A stretch of DNA of 64,000 nt from a virus. Lineage: Duplodnaviria > Caudoviricetes. The translations under genes and the position numbers were made by a program. Shown in pieces: positions 37,901 to 46,685 of the stretch; the first letter of the stretch is position 1, and each line of letters opens with the position of its first letter. The stretch is from IMG/VR virus record IMGVR_UViG_3300033062_002592, positions 32,001-96,000 of that record. One strand, written 5' to 3'. The notes below the pieces were generated by a model. That model was not told the DNA's origin. It ran no database searches and saw only the letters and a list, made by a program, of their open reading frames with translations.

Positions 37901-40900
37901 TAATGTTTGGACATTTGATTGTCCCGTTGCTGTTAAAGTGTCGTAGGCGCCCATGATTGCTCCCCAACCCATAAGAGTATTTGTTAATCTAAATTGAGGA
38001 TTACTATAATGTTCATGAACACAAGAATATTTTTGTGTAGTAATATATGTCCATTGCAATGATTGCCATAAGTTTCTTAGGAATCTGCTCTCAATATCTT
38101 CAGCTAATCTATCATAATTTGTCATGCTGTAATTTTTGGTTCTAAGATAGGCAATTGTTTCTAAAAATCCACCAGCTTCAGTTTCTGCATAAATAGATCC
38201 TGATATATATCCATAATAATGAAGAGTTGTGCTTAAATATGAACTTGTATTCCAATAATAATTATTCAATACATCCCATATTTGTTGAGAATATGTTAAA
38301 CCTGAGTTCATTCCAAAATCATAGAATAATAAAAAGTTTCTAAGTGTTTGTCCTTGTTCATCGTAAAATCTTCGTGATGGTTCACTATAACTTGATGTTG
38401 GAGTATAATAATATAGAAATCCATTATTATTGTTTTGTGAACTTGTAAATGTGGAATAATAATTATTGAAAGCTGTGGTTAAATTCCATTTTGACGTTTG
38501 ATAATTATATAAATTTGACCAATAATATCCATAGAGAAGTTCTCCATCATAATTGCTAAAATATGAACCAGTATCTTGAATATAGGAAGAGGTTGGTAAC
38601 CCATTAACCATAACAGAGTTATCTAATGCTGATTGAATAACTGTTTGGTTTACAATTCCCAATTTTTTAGCTCGCGCATACCATCTTAAAATTTCTTGCC
38701 ATTCAGTTATGGCAGCTAAATCATTTGTAAATGTTGCTTTAGTTCTTTGATTAAGTACCATGGCTATATATTTTGTTGCCGTTGAACCAGTCCAATTTAT
38801 ACTGTTAGAAAGACTCGTTAGATAACCTATTAAATAAGAACTAAGAGGATATGTAAGTATTGCTACCTTAACATTATAAGGACTGGAAGTTTTTGTTGAA
38901 TATTCCAAATCAGTATATATATCATTGTAAAATTTGGGCATAACTGTAAGTCTATCGTTAGCAGTTAAAACTTGAGATGTTTCATCCTGCCAATCTACAA
39001 CCGTCTCCCAACTTCCAGTATTATTATATCTTCTATAATAAATATGATTTGCTAAAGGATATCCGGCCCAAAAAACAAATAAGTCTCCTGAGCCAGTAAC
39101 TGCACTGATGCATGGTGCCATAGTAGCCGCCGTGGTATATGATGCCTTAAAAGTTGCGATGCAACCTATATATTTAATGCTTCCAGTGGCAAGATATGTT
39201 CCAGAACTTCCAGAGGCATATCCTAAATTGATTTTTTCAAGATAAGCACTTGACATCATGGAATTATAGGATAATCCATCCAACAAGGTAAATCCTTTTG
39301 CAACACTTCCAGTAACTTGACTATTATCTCTATATATAGTAGTTGTTCCAACAAATAGTTCGCTGGGCTGGCCTATAGTAGGTGTAACTCCTGTACTTGT
39401 ACTTATATCGCTGCCGCTTGTTATTGCTGTTTGATCCAAAAATCCTGCAGTTAGTAATCCATTATATTCACAAACATTTACTACTGAACCAGAATTTGCA
39501 GCAGAAAAGTTGACAACAACATTTGATGTTCCGGCTGCGCCTGCAACTCCAGCCCAAATTTCAGACCTCATATATTCTGAAGGATAACTTCCACTTTTCT
39601 GTGGAGTCCATGTTACACCACTTTGAGTAATGCTTGTTACATTTGCTGTGCTGGCTCCAGAGCCTATTATTCCAACGGTGGCGATAAGCAAGTTTCCATT
39701 TTGTGGATTACTACTTAAAACAGTAGTATTGGTGCTGCCTGTTGATACTCCTCTTGCATATTGAATTCTTGTAGGAGTATTTTCAACAGTTTGCACCACA
39801 AATTCGCTGCCAGTGCTCCAATAACCATTACTATAAGTTCTTGTATCATATTCTATATTATTTGGAGAATTCAAAAGAAATACAAGATGCATATCATCAT
39901 TTATTGCTGTGGCACTAAAATATCCAGATGTCTTTAAAACTCCCATTGAACCCGTTTCTTCATTATTTACAGTTGAACCAGAAAACAGTCTTCCTTTTAT
40001 CGTTTCAGAACTCTTACCATAGACCACATACATTTTTCCATTTGTTAAAGGCACAATTTCTGATGCGTCATAATTTATACTGGTAAGTGTAAAGGGAAAA
40101 GTTGCTGCTGTTGTCCATGTTCCATCATTTGCACTGCTTTTTGTTAAATACGTTGATATTGTTGCACCAATTGATTCCTGATATCCATAACTTATATATG
40201 GATAACTTCCGGTATCTACAGCAACGCTTGGATAATATACATATTCTACAAAAATTCCAGGATTATTTGTACAATTATAAACAGTTTGTTCAGCGCTCCA
40301 ATCTATACTTCCTGTACTTGTTGGAGTACCGCGAGCATACATTAAATCTCCGCCCGCTGTTTCTGGAGCATACGCATAATGCACATATGTGCCATCAAAA
40401 TGAATATCAAATTTTCTTCCAGATGAACATGCTCTTATAGCGCTGGAAGTTCCCCATGTAACACCCGCAGAACTTGTGGAGTAAACCATGTTTGTGCCAT
40501 CGCTGAAAAAGTGCCACAGTAAGCTTTGCGCGTAGAAACTTTTTCTTTGAGATGGATACGATGTCGCAGAATTAGATGAGCCAGAACCAATGGTAACTGA
40601 TGTTGGAGGAGTTATTCCTGCCTGAACTTTAAATGAAGCGTCTGTATATTCTAAAAGTTTAGGTAAAGTTTTTAAAGATTTGTCAGATTGAAGTATAACT
40701 CGTGGTAAAATTTTCAGAGATATATCATTTGAACTTTTAAAAAGTGGAGAAACTTTTAAAGTATTATCTTGAGAACCTGTATATTTTGGAAAATTAGCAT
40801 TACATGTTATTGTTTGATGAACATAATTCACTAATCTTGGTAAAGTTTTAACCGACTTATCTGAATAAACTAAAAGTCTGGGAAGAATTTTAAAATTACT

Positions 40901-41614
40901 ATCATTAGAGCTTGTTGTGTATGTTACTGCTGGAGCTCCAGTTCCATATAAAGTTGCAATGGCGCCAACCCAGTGTAAAGAATTTGCACCAGCTCCACTT
41001 ACCCAAGAAAATGCTGTTCCTGTAGCACCTGTTATACATTCTACATAAGCGTTGGCTGTAGCATTATTTACTACACCATCTAATAGTGTGAACCCATGAA
41101 GTATTGTTCCTGAGCCAGTAGCAGAATAGCCACCATAACAACCAACTGAACCAACCCATAATTCGCTTCCTGAAGTAGTGGTTGCTGTTGTACCTGTGCT
41201 TCCGCTTTTTGCCATTACTGTTGCATCGGTATACGAACCAGATTGGTCTATAAGTACACTATAGCTGCCAGTTACTATTCCACTATATTCACATATATCA
41301 AATACAAATTCATTTAAAGTTTTGGTGCCGCCAAGTTTTATATTTCCAGTTGCTGATGGACTTGCACCTGTTGCAATTCCTACCCATACTTCTGTGGAGC
41401 CGTCATATGCTGCTGCCCATATTTGTACGCCCGCTGATTGTCTAGCCCAATATACACCACTTTGATAAATAGCAGAACCAGTTCGAGTGGTTCCAGTTGA
41501 ATTGCTTCTTATAGTCATTGTGCCTATAAGCACATTGCCAGTTGTGGGAGCAGCACCCATGGTAAAACTAGAAGTTGCAGTTGCTCTAGCATTTCCCTGA
41601 ACGCGAATTACCAA
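34931..41614 (-). CDS. Giant (2227 aa) virion fibre/adhesin with beta domains, a possible glycosidase-like domain and a 15-aa repeat stalk
   Basis: Two related GN.LI...GV.W...E.W.G beta domains, an aromatic-rich central domain, and a long D-x-x-x-K-x-x-P-R-F repeat array. Confidence 0.8.
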   Translation of the reverse strand: MVIRVQGNARATATSSFTMGAAPTTGNVLIGTMTIRSNSTGTTRTGSAIYQSGVYWARQSAGVQIWAAAYDGSTEVWVGIATGASPSATGNIKLGGTKTLNEFVFDICEYSGIVTGSYSVLIDQSGSYTDATVMAKSGSTGTTATTTSGSELWVGSVGCYGGYSATGSGTILHGFTLLDGVVNNATANAYVECITGATGTAFSWVSGAGANSLHWVGAIATLYGTGAPAVTYTTSSNDSNFKILPRLLVYSDKSVKTLPRLVNYVHQTITCNANFPKYTGSQDNTLKVSPLFKSSNDISLKILPRVILQSDKSLKTLPKLLEYTDASFKVQAGITPPTSVTIGSGSSNSATSYPSQRKSFYAQSLLWHFFSDGTNMVYSTSSAGVTWGTSSAIRACSSGRKFDIHFDGTYVHYAYAPETAGGDLMYARGTPTSTGSIDWSAEQTVYNCTNNPGIFVEYVYYPSVAVDTGSYPYISYGYQESIGATISTYLTKSSANDGTWTTAATFPFTLTSINYDASEIVPLTNGKMYVVYGKSSETIKGRLFSGSTVNNEETGSMGVLKTSGYFSATAINDDMHLVFLLNSPNNIEYDTRTYSNGYWSTGSEFVVQTVENTPTRIQYARGVSTGSTNTTVLSSNPQNGNLLIATVGIIGSGASTANVTSITQSGVTWTPQKSGSYPSEYMRSEIWAGVAGAAGTSNVVVNFSAANSGSVVNVCEYNGLLTAGFLDQTAITSGSDISTSTGVTPTIGQPSELFVGTTTIYRDNSQVTGSVAKGFTLLDGLSYNSMMSSAYLEKINLGYASGSSGTYLATGSIKYIGCIATFKASYTTAATMAPCISAVTGSGDLFVFWAGYPLANHIYYRRYNNTGSWETVVDWQDETSQVLTANDRLTVMPKFYNDIYTDLEYSTKTSSPYNVKVAILTYPLSSYLIGYLTSLSNSINWTGSTATKYIAMVLNQRTKATFTNDLAAITEWQEILRWYARAKKLGIVNQTVIQSALDNSVMVNGLPTSSYIQDTGSYFSNYDGELLYGYYWSNLYNYQTSKWNLTTAFNNYYSTFTSSQNNNNGFLYYYTPTSSYSEPSRRFYDEQGQTLRNFLLFYDFGMNSGLTYSQQIWDVLNNYYWNTSSYLSTTLHYYGYISGSIYAETEAGGFLETIAYLRTKNYSMTNYDRLAEDIESRFLRNLWQSLQWTYITTQKYSCVHEHYSNPQFRLTNTLMGWGAIMGAYDTLTATGQSNVQTLLAGTGPSGDPPAWSHLIKDSTLYNSSTNLFRAYSDTSTYDNDSTAQGCALLFIMGLVPITARLAVTVEELSYEYPYHILDPDLYNINIPNRTVQLALLKTGSINFLYGPNSGSWNFSENGVWQIGFNNLWIPTGAGRLSSLPANRTYLSEPITLSFDGSLIRIIPTFPRFADNVYVKALPRISSNKDEILKFSPRFQNYGLDEYYRLLVLYRSQLDNILKMLPRFPTNTDTFMKTLPRLSFQKDENLKILPRFMVYGDKQIKINPRFLSFQEEFLKTFPRFMQHAEELYKVLLRFQSFKEEIIKVNPAFMQKVDQVLKVLARMMQYSDTNIRLTPRFVSYAEKCLILLPRLQVQLDKIIRVKPQFKSYSDEIFKIIPKFTSHADAIIKILPRLLAHFDKNVKVTPRFLNMTDKYIKFYPKFTAFNDKNLQALPRFLVYADSLYKILLRFQSFREKIIKVNPKFMQQTDELFKFLPRMMQYSDTHLKLTPKFVSYGERLYKLIVGYNVSNFDSIIKVLPQLKFHKDELIKIMPLFLSRLDSVFKITPKFIAYNDSLYKILSRFQAHRDEIIKINPRLMEHIDKVFKVLIMQRIYLDRHLKITPKFMLYQDTLIKLIVGFNMSNFDKIIKVLPKLKLDVDNLFNVKAQFMSFKENTFKTTPKFVNYKEEFLKFMPRMLSHSDKIYKILIRLQSYKDEIIRINPRFLTQIDELLRLLPRMTSFNDKNIKLTPKLMSYGDKLFTILASVPGAVIITQYDEIFKALPRFKSAMDEFIRVKPTFLLFIDAVFKTIPRLWTQQEEVLKVLPRLERYQDEIIKTSPRYAARYDQLLRMFVGAAYYRDSIIEVLPRLLNNTDEYFDVVPRFTRYTDQVFSVLSRFIDFSEKNIKTTPAFTSIKDYLIKVYPYMQLLSFGDYVYSVNAKGQVIIRRTWLGRSSAENVWLQPGISDTKWTQKEGDSSGFLKPTSPDSPWLSKEDGQPDFNEEGEESYIDE
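35150..37440 (-). repeat. Degenerate 45-nt (15-aa) coding tandem repeat, about 50 units
   Basis: Examples: DEILKFSPRFQNYG, DNILKMLPRFPTNT, DTFMKTLPRLSFQK. A further ~6 units lie at about 40620-40905. Confidence 0.85.
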
Positions 41615-41633
41615 TATATATCATACCTATATT

Positions 41634-42110
41634 TTAAATTTTTATAGTCCAACTTATAGTTTTCTGCAAATCCAAAATCGTTAATTCACAATAAAAAGTT
41701 CTTCTCGAAGTATTGTAAATTACTTGGCTTTTAAAATTTCCCTGTGTAACTTTCCAGCCAAATTCATAGGAACCAATTGAAAATCCAGCATAATCGTTTG
41801 TTTTAGCGTGCGCAGATACAAATTCTGTAAAGGCATCCTTATAATGTATGAGACCTTCACCATATTTTAAATCAAGGCCTGAAAGGGGAAAAACATAGTA
41901 TAATCCATCTATGTTGAACACTCCAGTATGACAATCAAAAAACAAATCGGAATCTGCGGAGACCAGATGAAACTTTCTCAGTCTAAACTTTTCTATTTCT
42001 TTGAACAGGTGCTCTTTCCCAGAGTCATCCCATTCTCTCAAAATGGTGCCGTCATTATATTCGGCAACCCAAATTACATCCTGTTGATAAAGTGGAGAAT
42101 AGCTCGCCAT
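41634..42110 (-). CDS. Hypothetical virion-module protein
   Basis: WVAEYNDGT.L.E...F.EI and Y.FGW pattern; GGAGGTGA RBS. Confidence 0.7.
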   Translation of the reverse strand: MASYSPLYQQDVIWVAEYNDGTILREWDDSGKEHLFKEIEKFRLRKFHLVSADSDLFFDCHTGVFNIDGLYYVFPLSGLDLKYGEGLIHYKDAFTEFVSAHAKTNDYAGFSIGSYEFGWKVTQGNFKSQVIYNTSRRTFYCELTILDLQKTISWTIKI

Positions 42111-42167
42111 TGTATTGGTTCACCTCCGAATAATATTGTATTATTGAAGAACCCAAAAAAGATGGGA

Positions 42168-42785
42168 TTATGTGTATTTGTAGCGTAAGCAGAATGATCC
42201 GGTTTTTGGTCCCTGAGGTGTCGTACTTAAGATGCTTAGATATGATGCAATCAGCCATGCGCTGCCGCTTCTTCCACCCGTTTGTGAACCCGAAAGTATA
42301 TAGAATGCTCCCGGCGTAAAAAGTCTGCGCCCCGTAGCTGCTGAACCACTAACAATATTTATATATGGCATTGAAAGTGAACCGCTGGCTCCTCTGCTAC
42401 CAGAAATACCTATGTCAGTCATAAAGTACCAACTGCTACTAGCCCAAACTGAACCCGTCAAAGATCCAGATTGTAGATCCCAATCTCTATTGGCAGTAGT
42501 TTCTGCGGCATGGTCTGCAGAACCTGATGCGTGATGTCCAAATCCTAAGCATACTCCGTCTCCCTGAGCCTGCCCACTTGATGATAATAGTGCATCTGAA
42601 ACGTTAGCGCTGCCGGAATAATTATTGACAACCCAGAAATAAATTGTGCTTCCTGAACTTCCAGTATCTATAGTTCCAAAATCAAAAACTGCACTCATTG
42701 CTCCCCATGAACTCGTAATCCAAACTACACTAGAATCAGTTGCATTTCCAGAACTTGTATAAAATGAAATTATTGGTGCTACCAT
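42168..42785 (-). CDS. Putative virion structural protein, [S/T]GS-rich
   Basis: DFGTIDTG...FWVVNN and C-terminal F.LRY.YT; 12 [S/T]GS motifs. Confidence 0.7.
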   Translation of the reverse strand: MVAPIISFYTSSGNATDSSVVWITSSWGAMSAVFDFGTIDTGSSGSTIYFWVVNNYSGSANVSDALLSSSGQAQGDGVCLGFGHHASGSADHAAETTANRDWDLQSGSLTGSVWASSSWYFMTDIGISGSRGASGSLSMPYINIVSGSAATGRRLFTPGAFYILSGSQTGGRSGSAWLIASYLSILSTTPQGPKTGSFCLRYKYT

Positions 42786-42828
42786 TTTTTTTCCTCCATT
42801 TTTTTAATTTTTATTTTTTATAAATTTA

Positions 42829-43377
42829 TTATTCTTCATACCAAAATGCTTCAAAGGCAACATTAGCGTATGATGCACCACTATATGCAAGTAAATATGT
42901 TTGTGTTGCATCTATCAACATTTCATTTTGCCTAGATTCTGAACTTCCAAATTTGAGAATTCCGAAGGCTGGGCAAGAACTGATATATATAAGAGAACCT
43001 GTTCCTGCATTAGTGGATCCAGTAACAATTCCTCTTTGAAAGAGTATAGAACCCGTTGGTGCTGTCCTATTTAAGTTCAAAGGAATTAAAATTGTTGCTG
43101 CGTGTGAACCTGTAAGTACACTTCCCGTTCCTTCAATTAAAAATACCGTTACTGGATTGGCAATATCACCATTGATAATTTTAAAACTTAAATGGTATTT
43201 TGTTGTTGATTTTTGTCCTCTTATAAGTGTATATACCATAATATTGGCGCCGGTATTAATTAAACTTGAAATATAATAACCATTACCTTTTCTAATTTCA
43301 TCAAGAGATTTCTCTATGCCAATCTTTTCTGCCTTGCCAGTTGAATAAACATCTGAATGAACCGTTGAAGTTGACAT
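42829..43377 (-). CDS. Putative virion structural protein
   Basis: Beta-rich, N.NR and C-terminal WYEE; follows the MCP. Confidence 0.65.
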   Translation of the reverse strand: MSTSTVHSDVYSTGKAEKIGIEKSLDEIRKGNGYYISSLINTGANIMVYTLIRGQKSTTKYHLSFKIINGDIANPVTVFLIEGTGSVLTGSHAATILIPLNLNRTAPTGSILFQRGIVTGSTNAGTGSLIYISSCPAFGILKFGSSESRQNEMLIDATQTYLLAYSGASYANVAFEAFWYEE

Positions 43378-43400
43378 TATTTCATCCCGTTAATTTTAAA

Positions 43401-43421
43401 TGGTGGGAATTTCACCCACCA
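43401..43421 (-). terminator. Stem-loop downstream of the major capsid gene
   Basis: TGGTGGG-N7-CCCACCA inverted repeat 20 nt after the MCP stop. Confidence 0.45.
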
Positions 43422-43440
43422 AAGTTCAAAATCATTGAAT

Positions 43441-44370
43441 TTAGCTTACGTTTATGCCAGCAATTGCACATATAGTATTACCTACTAGAACAACTGGAGC
43501 ATAACGTGCAGTTATGTACACACCAACCGAGTCCCTCTCTTCAAGTGCTTTGATTCCTGTAGTTATTGGTCTACGTTCCACAAACATTCCCATTGGACTG
43601 TATTGACCCAATATGTTTGTAGTTCTTCCTCTTGAAAGCACATAAGCGCTACCTGTGGGACAGTTTATTGATGCATAAGCATCAAGACCCAATATATCTC
43701 CGAACTTACCCGGCACAGCCATCAAGCCTTCCTGCAGAATGGGTTCACCATAATGCATCAGCGATGTGAAGTGTGGAAGCTTCTCGATATGAGTCTTAGC
43801 CAATGGGTGCACCAATAGAGTATCTGGCATATAGTTGTACTGTTCTATCTGAGCCTTAGCGTTTATAATGTCGTATGTGCCTATGCCAGGTCCGCCAGAA
43901 CCCGATATGACGAATTCTGTGCCGTCAAAAGCCAAGCTTTTGCCTGATGCAGTGACTGAACTTCCTGTGCCTGCGCCGATTGCAGAAATGCAATCTTTAT
44001 CAATCTTGTTAGCAAATCTCAAAGCGCTACGCACAAGCTGGTCTTGCTGAATAGGTATCAATGAATCTTCAATCATTTCTTTCGTGATTATGAATCCGTG
44101 CGCAATCTTGTAAGGAACTACGTTCACGGACGTATAAGTTGTAACATCAAGCGGAATCTCGACACCTTCAGCAACTTTCTGTACAACAGCAGCCGCACTA
44201 CCCGACTGTTTCGGGAATGTAATGCTGTTAGATGCTGTTAGAGAATATTGCTGGAAAAACTGTCGTGCAACCATGTTTGGCATAGCAATTTGAACCACTT
44301 GCTGGTGTAATGCGGGATAAAGTAAACCCGCAGTAGTAACTGGTGATAGTATTTCTCTCTGTAAAGACAT
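43441..44370 (-). CDS. Major capsid protein (HK97 fold)
   Basis: VAEGVEIP, K.AHGFIITKEMIEDS, FANKID, PDTLLVHP, G.ILGL; downstream of protease and cement genes. Confidence 0.92.
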   Translation of the reverse strand: MSLQREILSPVTTAGLLYPALHQQVVQIAMPNMVARQFFQQYSLTASNSITFPKQSGSAAAVVQKVAEGVEIPLDVTTYTSVNVVPYKIAHGFIITKEMIEDSLIPIQQDQLVRSALRFANKIDKDCISAIGAGTGSSVTASGKSLAFDGTEFVISGSGGPGIGTYDIINAKAQIEQYNYMPDTLLVHPLAKTHIEKLPHFTSLMHYGEPILQEGLMAVPGKFGDILGLDAYASINCPTGSAYVLSRGRTTNILGQYSPMGMFVERRPITTGIKALEERDSVGVYITARYAPVVLVGNTICAIAGINVS

Positions 44371-44451
44371 CTTTCTTTTCCTCCTGTAATTTTAATTATT
44401 TCATTATTAATACGTATTTGGGCATAAAGCCCACTTAAAAAACTGGGAAAT

Positions 44452-44898
44452 TTACTTTATTGTACTTATAAAGGCCACAACGCCCGTTCCAGAACCACTA
44501 ACAACTCTACCTATTGGATAACATGCTATACTTGATATAGCGGCGTTTGCATTTGCCCAACTATTGCTACAAACGTTTCCTGCTCCAGATAAGAACAATA
44601 AGTCTCCTGGATTGGAAGTTTGAGTTGACACAACCTTTGTTAGGTTTTTAGCCATTCCCCAAACAAGCACTGGGCATGTATCTCCATCAGATACGGTTGA
44701 AAGTGCAAGTCCTGCGACAGGAACTGCAGAACCGGACAATGTTCCAGATAATGGCTGAAATACATCTGTACTGTTATCTCCAGAAACAAATTGAACTATT
44801 TTGCCCGCGGTAATACTACCAGATGCTCTGAATGTTACTGCAAGACATGGAGTTGTAGCTATATAATCTTTTGTTCCTTCCGTAAACATGAATGCCAT
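44452..44898 (-). CDS. Capsid cement/decoration protein
   Basis: TFRASGSITAG..V, VAGLAL..V.DGD...V...G, GD.L, IGRV beta-tulip pattern; between scaffold and MCP. Confidence 0.7.
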   Translation of the reverse strand: MAFMFTEGTKDYIATTPCLAVTFRASGSITAGKIVQFVSGDNSTDVFQPLSGTLSGSAVPVAGLALSTVSDGDTCPVLVWGMAKNLTKVVSTQTSNPGDLLFLSGAGNVCSNSWANANAAISSIACYPIGRVVSGSGTGVVAFISTIK

Positions 44899-44914
44899 TT
44901 TCCATCATTCCTCC

Positions 44915-46123
44915 TTAATAGGATTCGAGAATGTTATGCTTCTGTGCGAAAGCTTTGACTTCTTGGAACCATTTAGGAACATCCTGTGCAGTGATTTCAA
45001 CTGGAGTTTCATTGGCATCTTCGACTCTTGCTCCACCAATTTCTTTCTTGATAGGCTTTTTATCATCTTCCTCTGGTTCTTCACCATTCGGAGGCTGGTC
45101 GTGTTTCACATCTTTAGGAATTCCGCCTTTAGCGGGAACATTAGTGAAAGTTGCTTTATCCTGCTTCACTGGAGCTGGAGCTACCTCTTTTTTAGCTTCC
45201 TCTGGTTTGCAACCCTCTTCTTTCTTTGCTTCATCCTTAACCTTTACTTTAAAGGCTTCCTCAAGTTTAATTCCTAAAGCAGCGATGGCTTGTTCAAGCT
45301 TTGTGAAAGCGGCTTCCTCTTTCTTAGCTTCATCGTCCTTTTTCTTAGCTTCGTCTTTCTTTCTCTCATCCTCATCTTTCTTTTTAGCCTCATCTTCGTA
45401 TTTCTTAAGTCTCTCTTCGAGTTTTGCAATCTGTTCCCCAAGCAAAACTACTGCGTCTGTGCCTGCTGGTTTAAGTGTAGTGGCTTCGATTTCTGTTTTA
45501 GTTGACATTTCTCTTTCCTCCATTTTTTTATTTTCTACTGAAAGTCTAGCCTCAGCTTCTTTCGAAGCCTCCGGCGTGACTGATTTCTCAGCTAATGCTG
45601 AGGTAATACCAGCGATAAACGATACTGGTTGAAAATCGCTGGAACTGTAAGCGGGATCTGTTACTATAGAAGCTTCCCGCAATTTAATATTTTTAATAAC
45701 ATCATGTGCATTTTTACATCTGCACATTTTAAAAGGTTTCGTTTGTTTACCACAAATTGAGCAAAATGCATCTGCTGTTGCGCCAATACTAATATGTCTC
45801 AACCTGCCCTTTAAGACAGCTCTTTGTATATATGGATCATCAACTTCAGCTTTGAATAAAACTCTTTTGTTTGGAACATCATGTACACCCTCTGTTAAAC
45901 CACCAATAACATCTCTGGCTGATTTAGAGTGGTCTAATCTAAGCGTGGCTCCTTTAACTTGTTCTGCTATCTTTGATAATTCCTTTTCATCAATTGCAAA
46001 ATTATTAGCACATACTGTGGTATTTACAAGTTCACCTGAAATAAGAAGGCTTTTATCTTCTCCTTCCTTTCCTGCAAACTCGACTATAGATGCGTCCCAT
46101 GTTAAATTTAAATTATTATCCAT
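44915..46123 (-). CDS. Prohead protease fused to scaffold
   Basis: LRLDH, SIG, EASIVTDPAY protease motifs followed by a KKDDEA-rich coiled coil. Confidence 0.88.
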   Translation of the reverse strand: MDNNLNLTWDASIVEFAGKEGEDKSLLISGELVNTTVCANNFAIDEKELSKIAEQVKGATLRLDHSKSARDVIGGLTEGVHDVPNKRVLFKAEVDDPYIQRAVLKGRLRHISIGATADAFCSICGKQTKPFKMCRCKNAHDVIKNIKLREASIVTDPAYSSSDFQPVSFIAGITSALAEKSVTPEASKEAEARLSVENKKMEEREMSTKTEIEATTLKPAGTDAVVLLGEQIAKLEERLKKYEDEAKKKDEDERKKDEAKKKDDEAKKEEAAFTKLEQAIAALGIKLEEAFKVKVKDEAKKEEGCKPEEAKKEVAPAPVKQDKATFTNVPAKGGIPKDVKHDQPPNGEEPEEDDKKPIKKEIGGARVEDANETPVEITAQDVPKWFQEVKAFAQKHNILESY

Positions 46124-46126
46124 ATT

Positions 46127-46381
46127 TCATCCCTTATTATGTGTTTTAAACCAAGATTTTGCTTTTTCCTTAGTCCATCCTTTAGATTTAGAAAAAAGGT
46201 AACTTTGTGTTCTCATGCCCGCTTTGCAGCGTCCTCCAACGTATTTTCCCTTAGGACATCCAACAACAGCTTTGATTCCTTTTCCTTCATCAATAGTAAT
46301 CGTTCTGAAAGAATTGGGATCAAAACTAGATTTATTTCCATGTCCTGACCTTATTGTTTCAGGATTTTCATCCCAAGGCAT
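46127..46381 (-). CDS. Small basic head-module protein
   Basis: MPW.E....IRSGH...F...SFRTI...GIKAVVG...QSYLF.K..WT.EKAK.W; immediately upstream of the protease. Confidence 0.7.
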   Translation of the reverse strand: MPWDENPETIRSGHGNKSSFDPNSFRTITIDEGKGIKAVVGCPKGKYVGGRCKAGMRTQSYLFSKSKGWTKEKAKSWFKTHNKG

Positions 46382-46395
46382 AATTAGTCACACTT

Positions 46396-46656
46396 CTACC
46401 ACGCTTGTGAAACATATGATCCGCTAACGCTGTAAATTGAATGTTTGCTTCCACTTGTTATGCATAGATAAAGTATAGGTGCTCCAGTTGTTCCCATAGT
46501 AGTGGGTGAACCAGTCACTAATACTATGTCTCCAGGACTCATAGAACTGGATGGAATTGAACCAAATTGTTTAGTAAAGCAAAATATTTGTGCGTCAACC
46601 TCAGGATATTCATTCATTGGGTAAACCCTGTTTGGAACTGATGCCAAAATCTTCAT
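46396..46656 (-). CDS. Small putative virion protein
   Basis: 86 aa, AGGAGG RBS, 3 [S/T]GS motifs. Confidence 0.6.
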   Translation of the reverse strand: MKILASVPNRVYPMNEYPEVDAQIFCFTKQFGSIPSSSMSPGDIVLVTGSPTTMGTTGAPILYLCITSGSKHSIYSVSGSYVSQAW

Positions 46657-46685
46657 CCTCCTTTATCTTATATACCATGACCTAA

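Noticed and set aside
44931-45632. 233-aa + strand ORF and other antisense or nested ORFs in the track (e.g. 4259, 5469, 24580, 40102, 46786, 52020)
   Set aside because: Shadows of real genes (the antisense of Lys/Glu-rich coding is Ser/Phe-rich); no motifs or RBS, and they break the two-arm strand pattern or nest inside real genes.
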